The notes below the pieces were generated by a model. The model saw only the letters and a list, made by a program, of their open reading frames with translations, was not told where the DNA came from and ran no database searches. The translations under genes and the position numbers were made by a program. Shown here piece by piece: positions 37,794-47,966 of a DNA stretch of 64,000 nt; the first letter of the stretch is position 1, and the number at the start of each line of letters is the position of its first letter. The stretch lies in contig CAXXVK010000068.1 of the NCBI GenBank assembly GCA_963676915.2, positions 64,001 to 128,000 of the forward strand. The letters run 5' to 3'. This DNA comes from Myxococcota bacterium. GTDB taxonomy: Bacteria; Myxococcota_A; SURF-8; G963663525.

Positions 37794-40391
37794 ATGATCA
37801 ATCAAGTCAATTATCAGATCATCGATCAATTGATCAAGCGGGGAAATGTTCGGGAAGAAGCCGAGCCGATTTTGATCAAGTACCTTGAAGAGGAATCCGA
37901 TCCTGGCCCCAATACTTTTCTCACGTCCCTCATTAAAAAATTCAGTGTCAAAGATGCAGATCTGAGAAATATTGTTTCGGCGCTTTATAAATTGCCCAAA
38001 GTCGAACTCAGTCGTGTGGAGCCTTCCCGAGAGGCACTGCGTTTGCTGACACATTCCGTCTGCAATAAATTCCTCATCGTGCCTTTCAATCTGGAGCACG
38101 ACACGATTCACGTCGCGACCTTCAATCCCGGAAATCTAGAAGCGGATGATACCGTTCAGGCTCTTACGGGACGTCGCCCCGTCAATTTCGTGTGTTCCTA
38201 CACCGAAATCAGGGATGCGATCAGCGAGCATTTTCGGATCGAGCAATCGTTTGCGAAATTTCTGGAAGAAGAAGCATTGGAGCAGTCCGCTATCGAGCCT
38301 GTCCTGAAACAGGCCGAAAACAATGAGCTTTTCAAGCCCGATCCCGCTTCCGAAGTCTCCCGATTGATTCAAAAGCTTATCACCAAAGGACTTCGTTCCA
38401 AAGCCAGCGAAATTCATTTCGAAACCCGCGAATCGGAAATGCTGGTCCGGTTGATGATCGACGGCGACTCGTACGATATCGTTTCGTTGCCTCAAAGGTT
38501 CAAGAAAGTCGTTCCCGGTCATTTGCTGGCTCTGGCCGGTATTATCGTGACCGATGTCGAAAGTCTGAGGCACCGAAATGTGAAAATTCAGATCGGTGGA
38601 AAAGGAGAGTTCACCGATGCCCGAATTTCCCATTTTTCCATGGGATTACGGGAACGTTGGGTGGTGCGTCTGCCGGAACCGAATGTCTGGAACAGATCCT
38701 TGTTCGAATTGGGATTCAGTAAATCGACTCTGACCAAATATTTAAGTGCCATCGTGAAGAAGCCGGGGTTGGTGCTTGTAACTTCTCCCAAGGGAACGGG
38801 AAAAACCACGACCCTTTATGCGACCATCAAGCACATTCAGGAGAAAAAAAATCCCACGATCGTCAGTGTGGAACAATACTTCGAATACCTGCTGGAAGAT
38901 ATCAACCAGTTTATCGTCAATGAAGCCAAAGGAAATTCCTATCCCAAGCTCATTCGCTCTTTGATCGAAGACAAGCCCGATTTCATGATGGTGGACAGCA
39001 TCCACGACAAAGAGACGGTCGAACAGATTTTCGACGCGATTTCACAGGGGATTTCCGTCATTGCCGGGTTCGAGTGCGAATCCACTTCTCATGCGATTCC
39101 GTTGCTGGTTCGCATGGGATTCCCCAAGCAGTTGATTTCCTCCAACGTGCGAGGAGTCTTGGGGCAACGGTTGGTTAAAAGGATCTGTACCCATTGCGTT
39201 CGTGATTTCGAACCTTCTCAGAAAGAATACAACCTTCTCGAATCTCTGGGACGTACGGATTTGAAACAGGTTCGTGCGGGAATCGGTTGTGACAATTGCC
39301 GCCAGACCGGATATTTCGGACGTACCGGTGTATTTGAATTCATGAGGGCGTCTCAAGGAGTGCGTAAAGTCATTTTCAATTCTCCTGACCCGCAAACCAT
39401 AGAAAATCAGGCGATTCAGGAAGGTATGAAAACCTCGGTTCATTATGCCTACTTGAAAGCCTTGAAAGGCTTGACGACGCTTAGCGAAGCGTTCAACGCC
39501 GTAGGTCCGTTTATCGGTCATACATCCACCGCCACTGACAACACTGTCATGATCGATATGGACAACAATCCCAACAACGAGACGGCAGCTATCGAAACGA
39601 TACAGCCGGATAAACTCGAACCGGCACCCGATGGTATTGAGCTCGTTAGGGAAGATCCATTGGAGCAAAATCAATTGGTGCGTGGACCGGGCGGAGATGC
39701 CAAGCCCATCGAACGGAACACCCCTCCCAGCAATCAGGACATGGCCATCGCTTTCGAGCAAATCGTTGAGGTTGGTGGAAGTGACCCGGAGATTCCTTTA
39801 GGCGCACCTAATCCCTCCTATCCCGAGTTCCCCGTACCGGAACCTTATGGAAGCATGGATGTGGATGAAGAACCGCTGATGGATCTTGAACCGCTGGAAG
39901 AAGATTACGGCAACCAAACTCCTTATGCTGGCCTGCCGATCGTTGGGGATGATGACAATTACCAAAGCGGACAGATCGATGTTCTGCCGGAGGCGAAAGC
40001 CGATCGTTTGTATCGTGTGCTGACCTGCGACGAAGATCCGACCGTTCGTACCGCCATGAAGCAGATCCTTGAATCGACGGGGATGTTTGAAGTCTACGAA
40101 GCCGAAGACGGTTCGGAGGGATTGCACAAAGTTTTCAAGCTTGCACCCGATATTTTCATTCTAGAACTCGGCGTGCCCCACCTCTCGGGTTTCCAACTTC
40201 TCGAAATGATTCGAAACAACCAGGAATTGGAAAACATGCTGGTGGTCATCGTCACCAGCGATCCGGAAGAAAGCGACGAAGTGGCTGCATTCAATATCGG
40301 AGCGGATGAATACTTGCGAAAACCCGTTTCTCCCGATATCTTTCTAGCTAGAGTCAATCGACTGTTGAAACGGACCGGTAGCGGCTATTGA
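37794..40391 (+). CDS. PilB/GspE-like ATPase homolog (degenerate) fused to a C-terminal receiver domain
   Basis: ASEIHFE..IDG, Walker A SPKGTGKTTTLY, QRLVKRICTHC...GCDNCRQTGYFGRTG; receiver VLTCDED...GADEYLRKP. Confidence 0.85.
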   Translation: MINQVNYQIIDQLIKRGNVREEAEPILIKYLEEESDPGPNTFLTSLIKKFSVKDADLRNIVSALYKLPKVELSRVEPSREALRLLTHSVCNKFLIVPFNLEHDTIHVATFNPGNLEADDTVQALTGRRPVNFVCSYTEIRDAISEHFRIEQSFAKFLEEEALEQSAIEPVLKQAENNELFKPDPASEVSRLIQKLITKGLRSKASEIHFETRESEMLVRLMIDGDSYDIVSLPQRFKKVVPGHLLALAGIIVTDVESLRHRNVKIQIGGKGEFTDARISHFSMGLRERWVVRLPEPNVWNRSLFELGFSKSTLTKYLSAIVKKPGLVLVTSPKGTGKTTTLYATIKHIQEKKNPTIVSVEQYFEYLLEDINQFIVNEAKGNSYPKLIRSLIEDKPDFMMVDSIHDKETVEQIFDAISQGISVIAGFECESTSHAIPLLVRMGFPKQLISSNVRGVLGQRLVKRICTHCVRDFEPSQKEYNLLESLGRTDLKQVRAGIGCDNCRQTGYFGRTGVFEFMRASQGVRKVIFNSPDPQTIENQAIQEGMKTSVHYAYLKALKGLTTLSEAFNAVGPFIGHTSTATDNTVMIDMDNNPNNETAAIETIQPDKLEPAPDGIELVREDPLEQNQLVRGPGGDAKPIERNTPPSNQDMAIAFEQIVEVGGSDPEIPLGAPNPSYPEFPVPEPYGSMDVDEEPLMDLEPLEEDYGNQTPYAGLPIVGDDDNYQSGQIDVLPEAKADRLYRVLTCDEDPTVRTAMKQILESTGMFEVYEAEDGSEGLHKVFKLAPDIFILELGVPHLSGFQLLEMIRNNQELENMLVVIVTSDPEESDEVAAFNIGADEYLRKPVSPDIFLARVNRLLKRTGSGY

Positions 40392-40414
40392 ATTTTTCGG
40401 GAAAGGACAAAGCA

Positions 40415-40690
40415 ATGGATCTGCCCGAGGAACTGATCCAGGAATACAAATCCGAGTGGCTGGAAATCTTGAACGACCTTTTTCAGCGCTACGAAAGTCA
40501 ACCCAAAGATCCGCAGATTATCTCGGAGGTTCGGCATGCCGCGCACAAATTGGCGGGAACCGGGACGACGTACGGATTTGAGATGATCACCAAGCTTGCC
40601 AAACCTGTAGAGCTTGCTATCGATGGTGGGGAAGATCCAACCGAAGTGATTCGAAACTTGTATGAAATCAAAGACATCCTTTCGAAATAA
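40415..40690 (+). CDS. stand-alone Hpt (histidine phosphotransfer) protein
   Basis: VRHAAHKLAGTGTTYGFEMITKLA, the Hpt His motif; 91 aa. Confidence 0.8.
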   Translation: MDLPEELIQEYKSEWLEILNDLFQRYESQPKDPQIISEVRHAAHKLAGTGTTYGFEMITKLAKPVELAIDGGEDPTEVIRNLYEIKDILSK

Positions 40691-40783
40691 TCGCTTGCCG
40701 CACCCGGTTGTTCCATCGAATTCGGCCAAAGTGTTCATCGAATCGGGAGAGTATACCCCGAAAAATGGCACCGATGCTTTTGG

Positions 40784-42406
40784 GTGGTGTCAATCCTGCG
40801 AAAAAGGAAAAGTCGTTTGAATCGTTATCGAAACAGCTCGAAGGCTTTTGTTGGATCACGCTGGAGAATGCTTCTTGGGACGGGGCTTTTGGCTTGTCTG
40901 TTCTGTTTCCCAAGTGGCGTTGTTTTGGCGCAATCCGGCACGGATCTGCAACTCGCTCCTGTAGCCGAAGGCGGTTGGGACAACGAGGAATGGGACTCGG
41001 AAGACTGGGACGATAGCCCCCCGGATGTTCCTGCCGAGCAGATCTACACTTACGAACGCTGTCTCGAATTGGCCTTGCGGCAGAATCGTGAAATTCATGC
41101 CGCCGATTGGGAACTGAAAGTTGCCAAAGCCCAGAAAAGCGAAGGCTGGTGGAGTTGGTGGCCGCAGATCAAAATTCAGTTCGCCGTTTCGCCATCACCC
41201 GATTACGAAACGCCGTCCCTGGATGACGCCGACGCCTTTTTGCAATACGAAAAAAGCGAGTACAACCCCGGAATCCACGGGGCGACCATGGCGACGAAAG
41301 TGTCTATCGTTCAACCGCTGTACACGTTCGGAAAGTATAGCGCCGCCAAACGCATGGGCGAGCTGGCCTATGAGGCTCGCTATCGTCAGAAGCGGATGAA
41401 GAAGAACGAAATCGCCTATGAAGTGAAAAAGACCTACATTTCACTCGTTTTCGCCGAGCGGATGCTCGATATTCTCAAAGAGGGCAATGGGTACCTGAAA
41501 AAGATCGCCTCCAACCTGGAAGACATGCTTGCCGAGGAATCCGAGCAGGTTACGGAAATCGACGAATACGAGCTACACATCGCTCAAGCGGATTTCGAAG
41601 TACGCCAGCAGGAAGCATTGGCGATGAGGGATTTGTTGCGGAGTTCGTTGAAGCAGTTGGTTGGTCTGCCGGAAGATGCTCCTTTTTATCTGAACAGCCG
41701 AAGCATGAAGACCGATCCCGGATACGAGCGAGAGTTGGATGACCTGTTCCCCGTGATGATTGCGAACCGGCCTGATTTCAAGGCATTGAAAGCGTCCCTG
41801 AAACTGACCGAACAGCGTAAAAAGCTGGAATTCGCGCAGTTTTTCCCGGATTTCGTGTTCGGCTTCGACTGGAAGAACGTCTATTCTCCGACGATGGCCG
41901 ACATCAAGCATCCCTACCTTTCCGATCCCTACAATTCCAACGGCTATGTGGCTTATCTCGGTGTGCAGTACATTTTCGATCTTCCTTTGCAACTCGCCCG
42001 TTATGACCAGGCAGCGGCACGTTTGGAAAAAGAGCGTGAGACCAAAAAGTTGCTGGAAGAAAAGATGGGCTTGCAACTCAAGCAAGCATATCTAAACTGG
42101 AAAAAGAACGAAGCCAGCATGGGTGCATTGACGACGGCCAAGCGTTCGGGAAAAAAATGGATCGTTTCGGAGATGTTATCCTACAGCGCGGGATTGTTGG
42201 AAACCGGCGATGTCATCAAGGCGCTGAAAAACTATTTCTCCAGTCAATTCAGCTACTTCAACGGGGTGTACAACCATAACGTTTCGTTGGCCAAACTGGA
42301 TATGCTGCTTGGGGAAAAACTGCAAAGTTTCGATGAAACCCCGAAAAAGACGAACGATTTGTCAAAGGATCGTTCCTCTGAAAACAACCTATCGAATAGA
42401 GAGTAA
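40784..42406 (+). CDS. TolC family outer membrane protein
   Basis: CLELALRQN, QPLYTFGK, EVKKTY, NRPDF, AQFFPD; start uncertain. Confidence 0.8.
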   Translation: MVSILRKRKSRLNRYRNSSKAFVGSRWRMLLGTGLLACLFCFPSGVVLAQSGTDLQLAPVAEGGWDNEEWDSEDWDDSPPDVPAEQIYTYERCLELALRQNREIHAADWELKVAKAQKSEGWWSWWPQIKIQFAVSPSPDYETPSLDDADAFLQYEKSEYNPGIHGATMATKVSIVQPLYTFGKYSAAKRMGELAYEARYRQKRMKKNEIAYEVKKTYISLVFAERMLDILKEGNGYLKKIASNLEDMLAEESEQVTEIDEYELHIAQADFEVRQQEALAMRDLLRSSLKQLVGLPEDAPFYLNSRSMKTDPGYERELDDLFPVMIANRPDFKALKASLKLTEQRKKLEFAQFFPDFVFGFDWKNVYSPTMADIKHPYLSDPYNSNGYVAYLGVQYIFDLPLQLARYDQAAARLEKERETKKLLEEKMGLQLKQAYLNWKKNEASMGALTTAKRSGKKWIVSEMLSYSAGLLETGDVIKALKNYFSSQFSYFNGVYNHNVSLAKLDMLLGEKLQSFDETPKKTNDLSKDRSSENNLSNRE

Positions 42407-42433
42407 GTGCTATCGATTTGCACAGATGAGGTC

Positions 42434-43135
42434 ATGATGAAAACTGCCGTTCGTTTGTTGTCTGTAATGCTGCTTTTGGCTTTGGCCGGTTTCGGAGCTT
42501 TTGCAAACGCCGCCGAGGAAGCTGCTCCCGAAAAAGCCGCTGCAACGGAGTCCACCGCTTCGAAAATTCCCGAAGGAGCCGCCTTGCAGCTGCTCCGGGT
42601 CAAGGAACTGGAACTGCGGAAGATCCTCAGCGTTGCCACCAAGCCGAATACACCGGCTCATGAGGAAAAGAAGAAGAAAATCAAGAAGATGATCGACGAG
42701 CTTTTTGATTTCAACGAGTTGGGACGGCGTTCGCTCGGACGGCATTGGAAACCCCGTACGCCGGAAGAGCGGCAGGACTTTCTCGTTACCTTGCGGGCGC
42801 TTGTCGAGAAAAACTACCTGATGCGCATTGCCGATCAGACCACGTACACCGCTCAGTTTTTCGGTGAATTCCAGGGACGTTCCGGCCCTGAAGTCCGCCT
42901 GCGTGTGACCAGTGGCGTTCACAAATACAAAATGGAATATAAGCTTTTCGAACGGGACGGAAGATTGTATATTTATGATATGGTTATCGACGACGTATCC
43001 GTCGTGCGCAACTACCGTTCTCAGTTCAATCGGATCATCAAAAAGGAAGGTTTCCCGGTTCTGATGGAAAAGATGAAAAAGAAACTGACCGAGGAAGACG
43101 ATCCAAAGAAAAAGGACGTGCACGACAAACTGTAA
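42434..43135 (+). CDS. MlaC/Ttg2D family phospholipid-binding protein
   Basis: FDFNELGRRSLGRHW, IYDMVIDDVSVVRNYRSQF. Confidence 0.85.
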   Translation: MMKTAVRLLSVMLLLALAGFGAFANAAEEAAPEKAAATESTASKIPEGAALQLLRVKELELRKILSVATKPNTPAHEEKKKKIKKMIDELFDFNELGRRSLGRHWKPRTPEERQDFLVTLRALVEKNYLMRIADQTTYTAQFFGEFQGRSGPEVRLRVTSGVHKYKMEYKLFERDGRLYIYDMVIDDVSVVRNYRSQFNRIIKKEGFPVLMEKMKKKLTEEDDPKKKDVHDKL

Positions 43136-43149
43136 TTCGTGGGAGGCCG

Positions 43150-43941
43150 ATGGAGGGGGTTAAGCAAATCGCGACGACGGCTCTTTCGGAACTGTTTCTC
43201 GAAAACCATCCTCGTCATGGTCGGGTGATCTTCAAGCGAGCGCTCGAACATGCCTCTCATTCTTCCCTCGTCGCATTGTACTGGAAAAGAGAGTTCGACG
43301 CTCTGACCCGCTTTCGCCATCCGGGTATCCTTTCTTTGCTGGAGGCAGATCTCGACAGTTCACGACCGTGGTTGATGTTTCCGTATCTTGAAGCGGTGAC
43401 GTTACGGGATTTGTTGCGAACGGACCGGCCACGAACGTTGAGTGCTCTGGAGTTTTTTCAGATTCTGGATCAACTCCTGAATGCTTTGGCTACGATTCAC
43501 GGGGATCAAGCGCCAAGCGAGCGGAAAACAGCCTTTCTTCATGGAGATATCAACCCTCGTAATTTGCTGATCGATGCGGAAAACCACGTCACGTTGATCG
43601 ATTTCGCCCTGTGTCGTCCATCTCCCGCACCGGCAGAGGAAAAGGGATTCGTCGGACCGGGTACGCCGGAATACATGAGTCCCAGTCGCCGCAGGGGAGG
43701 GGGGTACGATTGCAGGGACGATTTGTATGCTGTCGGTGTCATGGCCGCCAAGGCGTTGGGGATCGACTTTGAATCTTCGGATCGGTCTTTCACCCCTAAA
43801 CCAAGCGCGATCGATATGCCTCCCGCCGTGGAAGTACGAACGATTGCCTGGATTCACGGCATGCTGGAAAGCCCGGAGAATCCCGAAGCCACCGCATCGG
43901 GAATGAGTTGGAAGCTTGCGAAAATCATAGGGAATTTGTAG
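43150..43941 (+). CDS. Ser/Thr kinase-like protein with degenerate motifs
   Basis: HPGI, LHGDINPRNLLI, LIDFAL, GTPEYMSP, DLYAVG. Confidence 0.8.
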   Translation: MEGVKQIATTALSELFLENHPRHGRVIFKRALEHASHSSLVALYWKREFDALTRFRHPGILSLLEADLDSSRPWLMFPYLEAVTLRDLLRTDRPRTLSALEFFQILDQLLNALATIHGDQAPSERKTAFLHGDINPRNLLIDAENHVTLIDFALCRPSPAPAEEKGFVGPGTPEYMSPSRRRGGGYDCRDDLYAVGVMAAKALGIDFESSDRSFTPKPSAIDMPPAVEVRTIAWIHGMLESPENPEATASGMSWKLAKIIGNL

Positions 43942-44036
43942 TTCTTGCCGATCATGGAACGGAGTGAATCAATCAAATTGATGTTTGTATTTGTTTCGTT
44001 GTAACGGCGAGGCGTAAGCCCGCCGAAAAGGATAGG

Positions 44037-44063
44037 GTAGGTCGGGTGATTCACCCGACCTGC
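44037..44063. repeat. single GTAG REP palindrome
   Basis: GTAGGTCGGGTG-ATT-CACCCGACCTGC, same core as the doublets. Confidence 0.65.
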
Positions 44064-44244
44064 TATTTTTAAAATGGCTGATTGATTCATCTGCCATTGA
44101 AAAAATGGGAAATGTCTCCCGTATTTTGTCCTTGAATCCTTCTCAGGGGACGTTACAATAAATTCAACGTAAAAAGCTCGGTGGTTTCGAGGATGACTCG
44201 AATCGTTTGCCGAGAATCCATACTGTATCGGAAAGGATGCGATC

Positions 44245-44898
44245 ATGAAGAAAGTCGCTGTCGTTTTATCGGGATGTGGAGTCAAGGACGGTTCGGAAAT
44301 TCACGAAGCGACCCTTGCGTTGCTGCATATCTCCCAGGCTGGGGCGGAATATCGCTGCTTTGCGCCCAATCGTCCGTTGCCTGAAACGATCAACCACATT
44401 TCGGGACAATCCGGGGGCTACGAGCGCAACATGATGCTGGAATCGGCGCGAATTGCACGAGGAGAGATCGAACCGGTCGAAAACCTTAAGGTGGCCGATT
44501 TCGACGCTCTGATTTTTCCGGGTGGTCTTGGTGCGGCCAAAAATCTCAGTACGTGGTTTTCGAAGGGTGCCGAAGGCGAAGTCCTGCCGGAAGTCGCGCA
44601 GGTGATTCGAGATTTTAAAGATGCAGGCAAGCCGCAGGGATTTATCTGTATCGCTCCCAATCTTGCAGCGCTGGTTTTGGGGAAAGACCGGGTTCGCCTG
44701 ACCATCGGCAACGACCCCGCGACAGCGCAGGCCATCGAGCAGACCGGAGCTGTACACGTGAATCAGGGTGTGAAGGATGTCGAAATCGATCGGAACCTCA
44801 AGGTTGTCAGCACTCCGGCCTACATGTTGGGGCCGACCATCGCCGACGTGAACGAAGGGATTGGCAAGCTGGTGCGAGCCGTATTGGAACTCGTGTAA
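44245..44898 (+). CDS. elbB: ElbB glyoxalase (DJ-1/ES1 family)
   Basis: VLSGCGVKDGSEIHEA, ESARIARG, FPGGLGAAKNL, CIAP, STPAYM. Confidence 0.92.
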   Translation: MKKVAVVLSGCGVKDGSEIHEATLALLHISQAGAEYRCFAPNRPLPETINHISGQSGGYERNMMLESARIARGEIEPVENLKVADFDALIFPGGLGAAKNLSTWFSKGAEGEVLPEVAQVIRDFKDAGKPQGFICIAPNLAALVLGKDRVRLTIGNDPATAQAIEQTGAVHVNQGVKDVEIDRNLKVVSTPAYMLGPTIADVNEGIGKLVRAVLELV

Positions 44899-44920
44899 AA
44901 ACAACAGGTTAGGAGTGGCA

Positions 44921-45383
44921 ATGGGTCGCTGGTACAGCCAGGTAGGGGAAGTGCTTGACGACTGGGGCGGAATGTTCCGGCGAAGTGGTCTTCCCACCGG
45001 TTTGTTGCCGGTGTGGGCCGAGGTTGTCGGCGAAGATGCCGCCGCCCATTGCCGTCCCGTTCGTTTGACGCGCAAAGGGGTTTTGACGATAGCGGTCAGC
45101 GATGGCGGCTGGAGCCAGGAATTGAGCTACCTACAGCCGGAAATCCTTACGAAATTGCAGGAGATTCAGGACAAACCCGTGGTTTCGTTACGATTTCATC
45201 TGGCGCCAAGAACGTTTCAATCGCATGAGCCGAAAAGAGAGCGAAACCGGACCAAAGCCGCCCTCCATCACGATGGAAGAATTCGAGAACGCTGCTCGTA
45301 TCGCGACGACATTCAAGAACGGACGAATTCGCGATACCCTGCTTTCGGCGCTGATGCGGAGATTGAAGCCGGGAGGCTGGTAG
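44921..45383 (+). CDS. DciA/DUF721 family protein, probable frameshift near 45245
   Basis: WAEVVGEDAAAHCRPV...LTIAV...WSQELSY...EILTKL; a helical C-terminus continues in another frame to TAG 45383. Confidence 0.72.
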
Positions 45384-45477
45384 ATTTTTACTCCCGAACG
45401 GTTGTGTCTCAAGAAGGGTTCGAGTAAGATCCCGGACGGAAACGCGAATGGAAAGAAGGAAATAAGCGAGGCAAACT

Positions 45478-45920
45478 ATGAAGCGATGGGTTAATGGAAT
45501 CGGTGTTGTGGCGTTGGCGATGGTTTTTGCTTGGATGCCTCTTGCTATTGCCGGGAACGGAAAAGCCTGCAAACTCTACCGACACAAGTTACACCTTCGA
45601 CATGACGGCCTCGAAGGCTGTGCAGAAAAAAGGTGAAATTCACCTGACGATCACAGCGTCGAAAGGCTATCAGATCAAGCCGCCCAGTCCGCTGAAAATC
45701 AAACTGCAACCTTCCAAAGGCGTTCAACTGGCCAAAACCAAACTCGGTTGGGATGACGCCAAGGTCGAGAAAAAGAAAAAAGTCGAAGTGAAAACCGGGT
45801 ACACCCTCGAAACATCCGGAACCACCCAATCCACCGGTGCAGGCGAACATCCGTTTCGCGCTCTGCGACGACAAAGGCTGCTACCTGAAAAACGTCAAAC
45901 ACCAGGTGGTGATTCCGTAG
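45478..45920 (+). CDS. secreted protein resembling DsbD N-terminal Ig-like domain; two frameshifts
   Basis: Pieced together: signal MKRWVNGIGVVALAMVFAW, core LTITASKGYQIK..PLKIKL, end IRFALCDDKGCYLK..VVIP-stop. Confidence 0.5.
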
Positions 45921-46635
45921 AAGATCGTCTACATGTGCAAGATGTTTTCTTTTTTGGGGCAAAAAAAGCGTTAAATTTCCCTCATTCGTTCACGGAAACG
46001 TCAAAATATCCCCAGAGATTTCAGAGAAGTTCCCCAAATTAGGCACACCAAAGATGTGCAAAACAGGCTGCACCAATATAGGGGTTATAGGGGATGTTTG
46101 TTGGCGGTAGTATAATTTACTAGTGAGGCGAAAATATAACGCGCTGCGGCGATTTTCTGCCTGTGAGGCGAGAAATTTCGTTTGGAGAGTGCCAATTTTC
46201 CAGAAAAAGAGGCATATGTGGAACGACTTTTTATACTTTTATTGCGATTTTACGATCATTTTGTAAGTTCTTGAATATAGGAGTGAAAATATGCCTTATC
46301 TGCGTTGGAAGTGCTGATTATTCTCCGATATTTCGTCGGAATGATAAAAAAAATGTGAAAATTCCCAAAAAAAATGATAGGAACCCTAGATATGCGCAAG
46401 ACGTTGTGTTAGTGTCTGACGCAACGCATCCTCATTTGGAAGTATGAAGTTATATGGATTGTTGAGGCACGAGGAGTAGACGGATTCGACGGCTGGGCAC
46501 TCGCTTCAAAGCCGTTCCCATAAAGAAAATACTCAACCAATCGATACAACGGATGTTTTTGTCAAATGCACTGAATGAGGATTCATTCAGTCGGCCTGAC
46601 ACGAAGCGGACCCCGGAAGCATGGAGTAGAAAAAG

Positions 46636-47963
46636 ATGATCGAACCAAACGTGACACTTGAAATCGGCCAGAGAAAGAGCGATTTGAAGTCGAAGGCCAT
46701 GGCAATGCTGCCCGAGGGCGGCAACTTGGACCTCTGCTTCACCTGCGGAACCTGCACGAGCGGTTGTCCCGCCAGCGGTCTTTTCGGGATGGACCCCCGC
46801 AAATTCCTGCGGATGGTTCTGCTCGGCATGGACGAGGAAGTGATGCAGTCCCCCTGGATCTGGATCTGCACGATGTGCCAGCGCTGCATCAGCGCTTGTC
46901 CGATGAAAATCGACATTCCGCGCCTCGTGTTTTTACGCCCGGACTCAGGTTCCTCGTGAAGAACGCCCGCAAGGTATTCTGCAATCCTGCAACAAGCACC
47001 TCGAGTCCAAAGGCGGCGCGATGGGCATTCCGAAGGAAGACTTCGTGTACGTCGTGGAAGACGTGCTGGAGGAGACCCAGGAAGAGCAGCCGGAATTCGC
47101 GGACATGCTGGCTCCGATCGACAAAGAAGGCTCGCTGATCATGCTCAACCAGAACAGCCGCGAGCCGGTGCTGGGAACCGGAAGAAATGGTGCCGCTGTG
47201 GAAGATCCTCCACACGGTCGGCGCGGACTGGACGTATTCGAGCCACTTCTGGGGCGGTGAAAACTATTGCATGTTCCTGGCCGACGACACCAACTGGGAA
47301 GCGATCATTCGCGAGCAGGTTCGTATGGCCGATGAAGTGCTGGGCGTGAAATACTACGTCAACACCGAGTGTGGTCATAGCTTCTACGCGATCTGGGAAG
47401 CTCTCAGGAAATTCAAGATTCCCCACAAGTTCGAATTCAAACACATCGTGGAACTCTACGCCGAGTGGATGAAAGCCGGAAAACTCAAAGTCAGTTCCGA
47501 TTGGAACAAAGAGTTGGGCATCAAGTTCACCTGCCAAGACCCCTGCCAGGCGACGCGCAAAACCTTGGGAGATTACTTCGCCCAGTGTCAACGCTACGTG
47601 ATCAAGCAGTGTGTCGGCGAAGAAAACTTCATCGATATGGTTCCCAACAGTGTAGACAACTACTGCTGCGGTGGTGGTGGCGGAACCCTGCAAACCAACT
47701 TCACCAAGGAACGTCTGACTTACGGCAAGACCAAGTTCGATCAGATCGACGCGACCGGTGCTCAGTACTGTGTTACGCCTTGCCACAACTGCCACTCGCA
47801 GATTCACGAATTGCAGGAACATTTCGAAGGAAAATACAAAACCATCCATCTTTGGACTCTGGTCTGCCTGGCCATGGGCAAACTCGGCCCCAACGAGAGA
47901 ACGTATCTTGGCCCGGACCTTGAGGAAGTCAATCTGCCGGCTTCGACGAACGAAGGAGAGTAA
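46636..47963 (+). CDS. HdrD-like Fe-S oxidoreductase (2x[4Fe-4S] plus CCG domain), two frameshifts (~46932, ~47173)
   Basis: CFTCGTCTSGCP, CTMCQRCISACP, NTECGH, QDPC, CCGGGGG, PCHNC; the three track ORFs join by removing single bases in T and G runs. Confidence 0.82.
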
Positions 47964-47966
47964 CCC

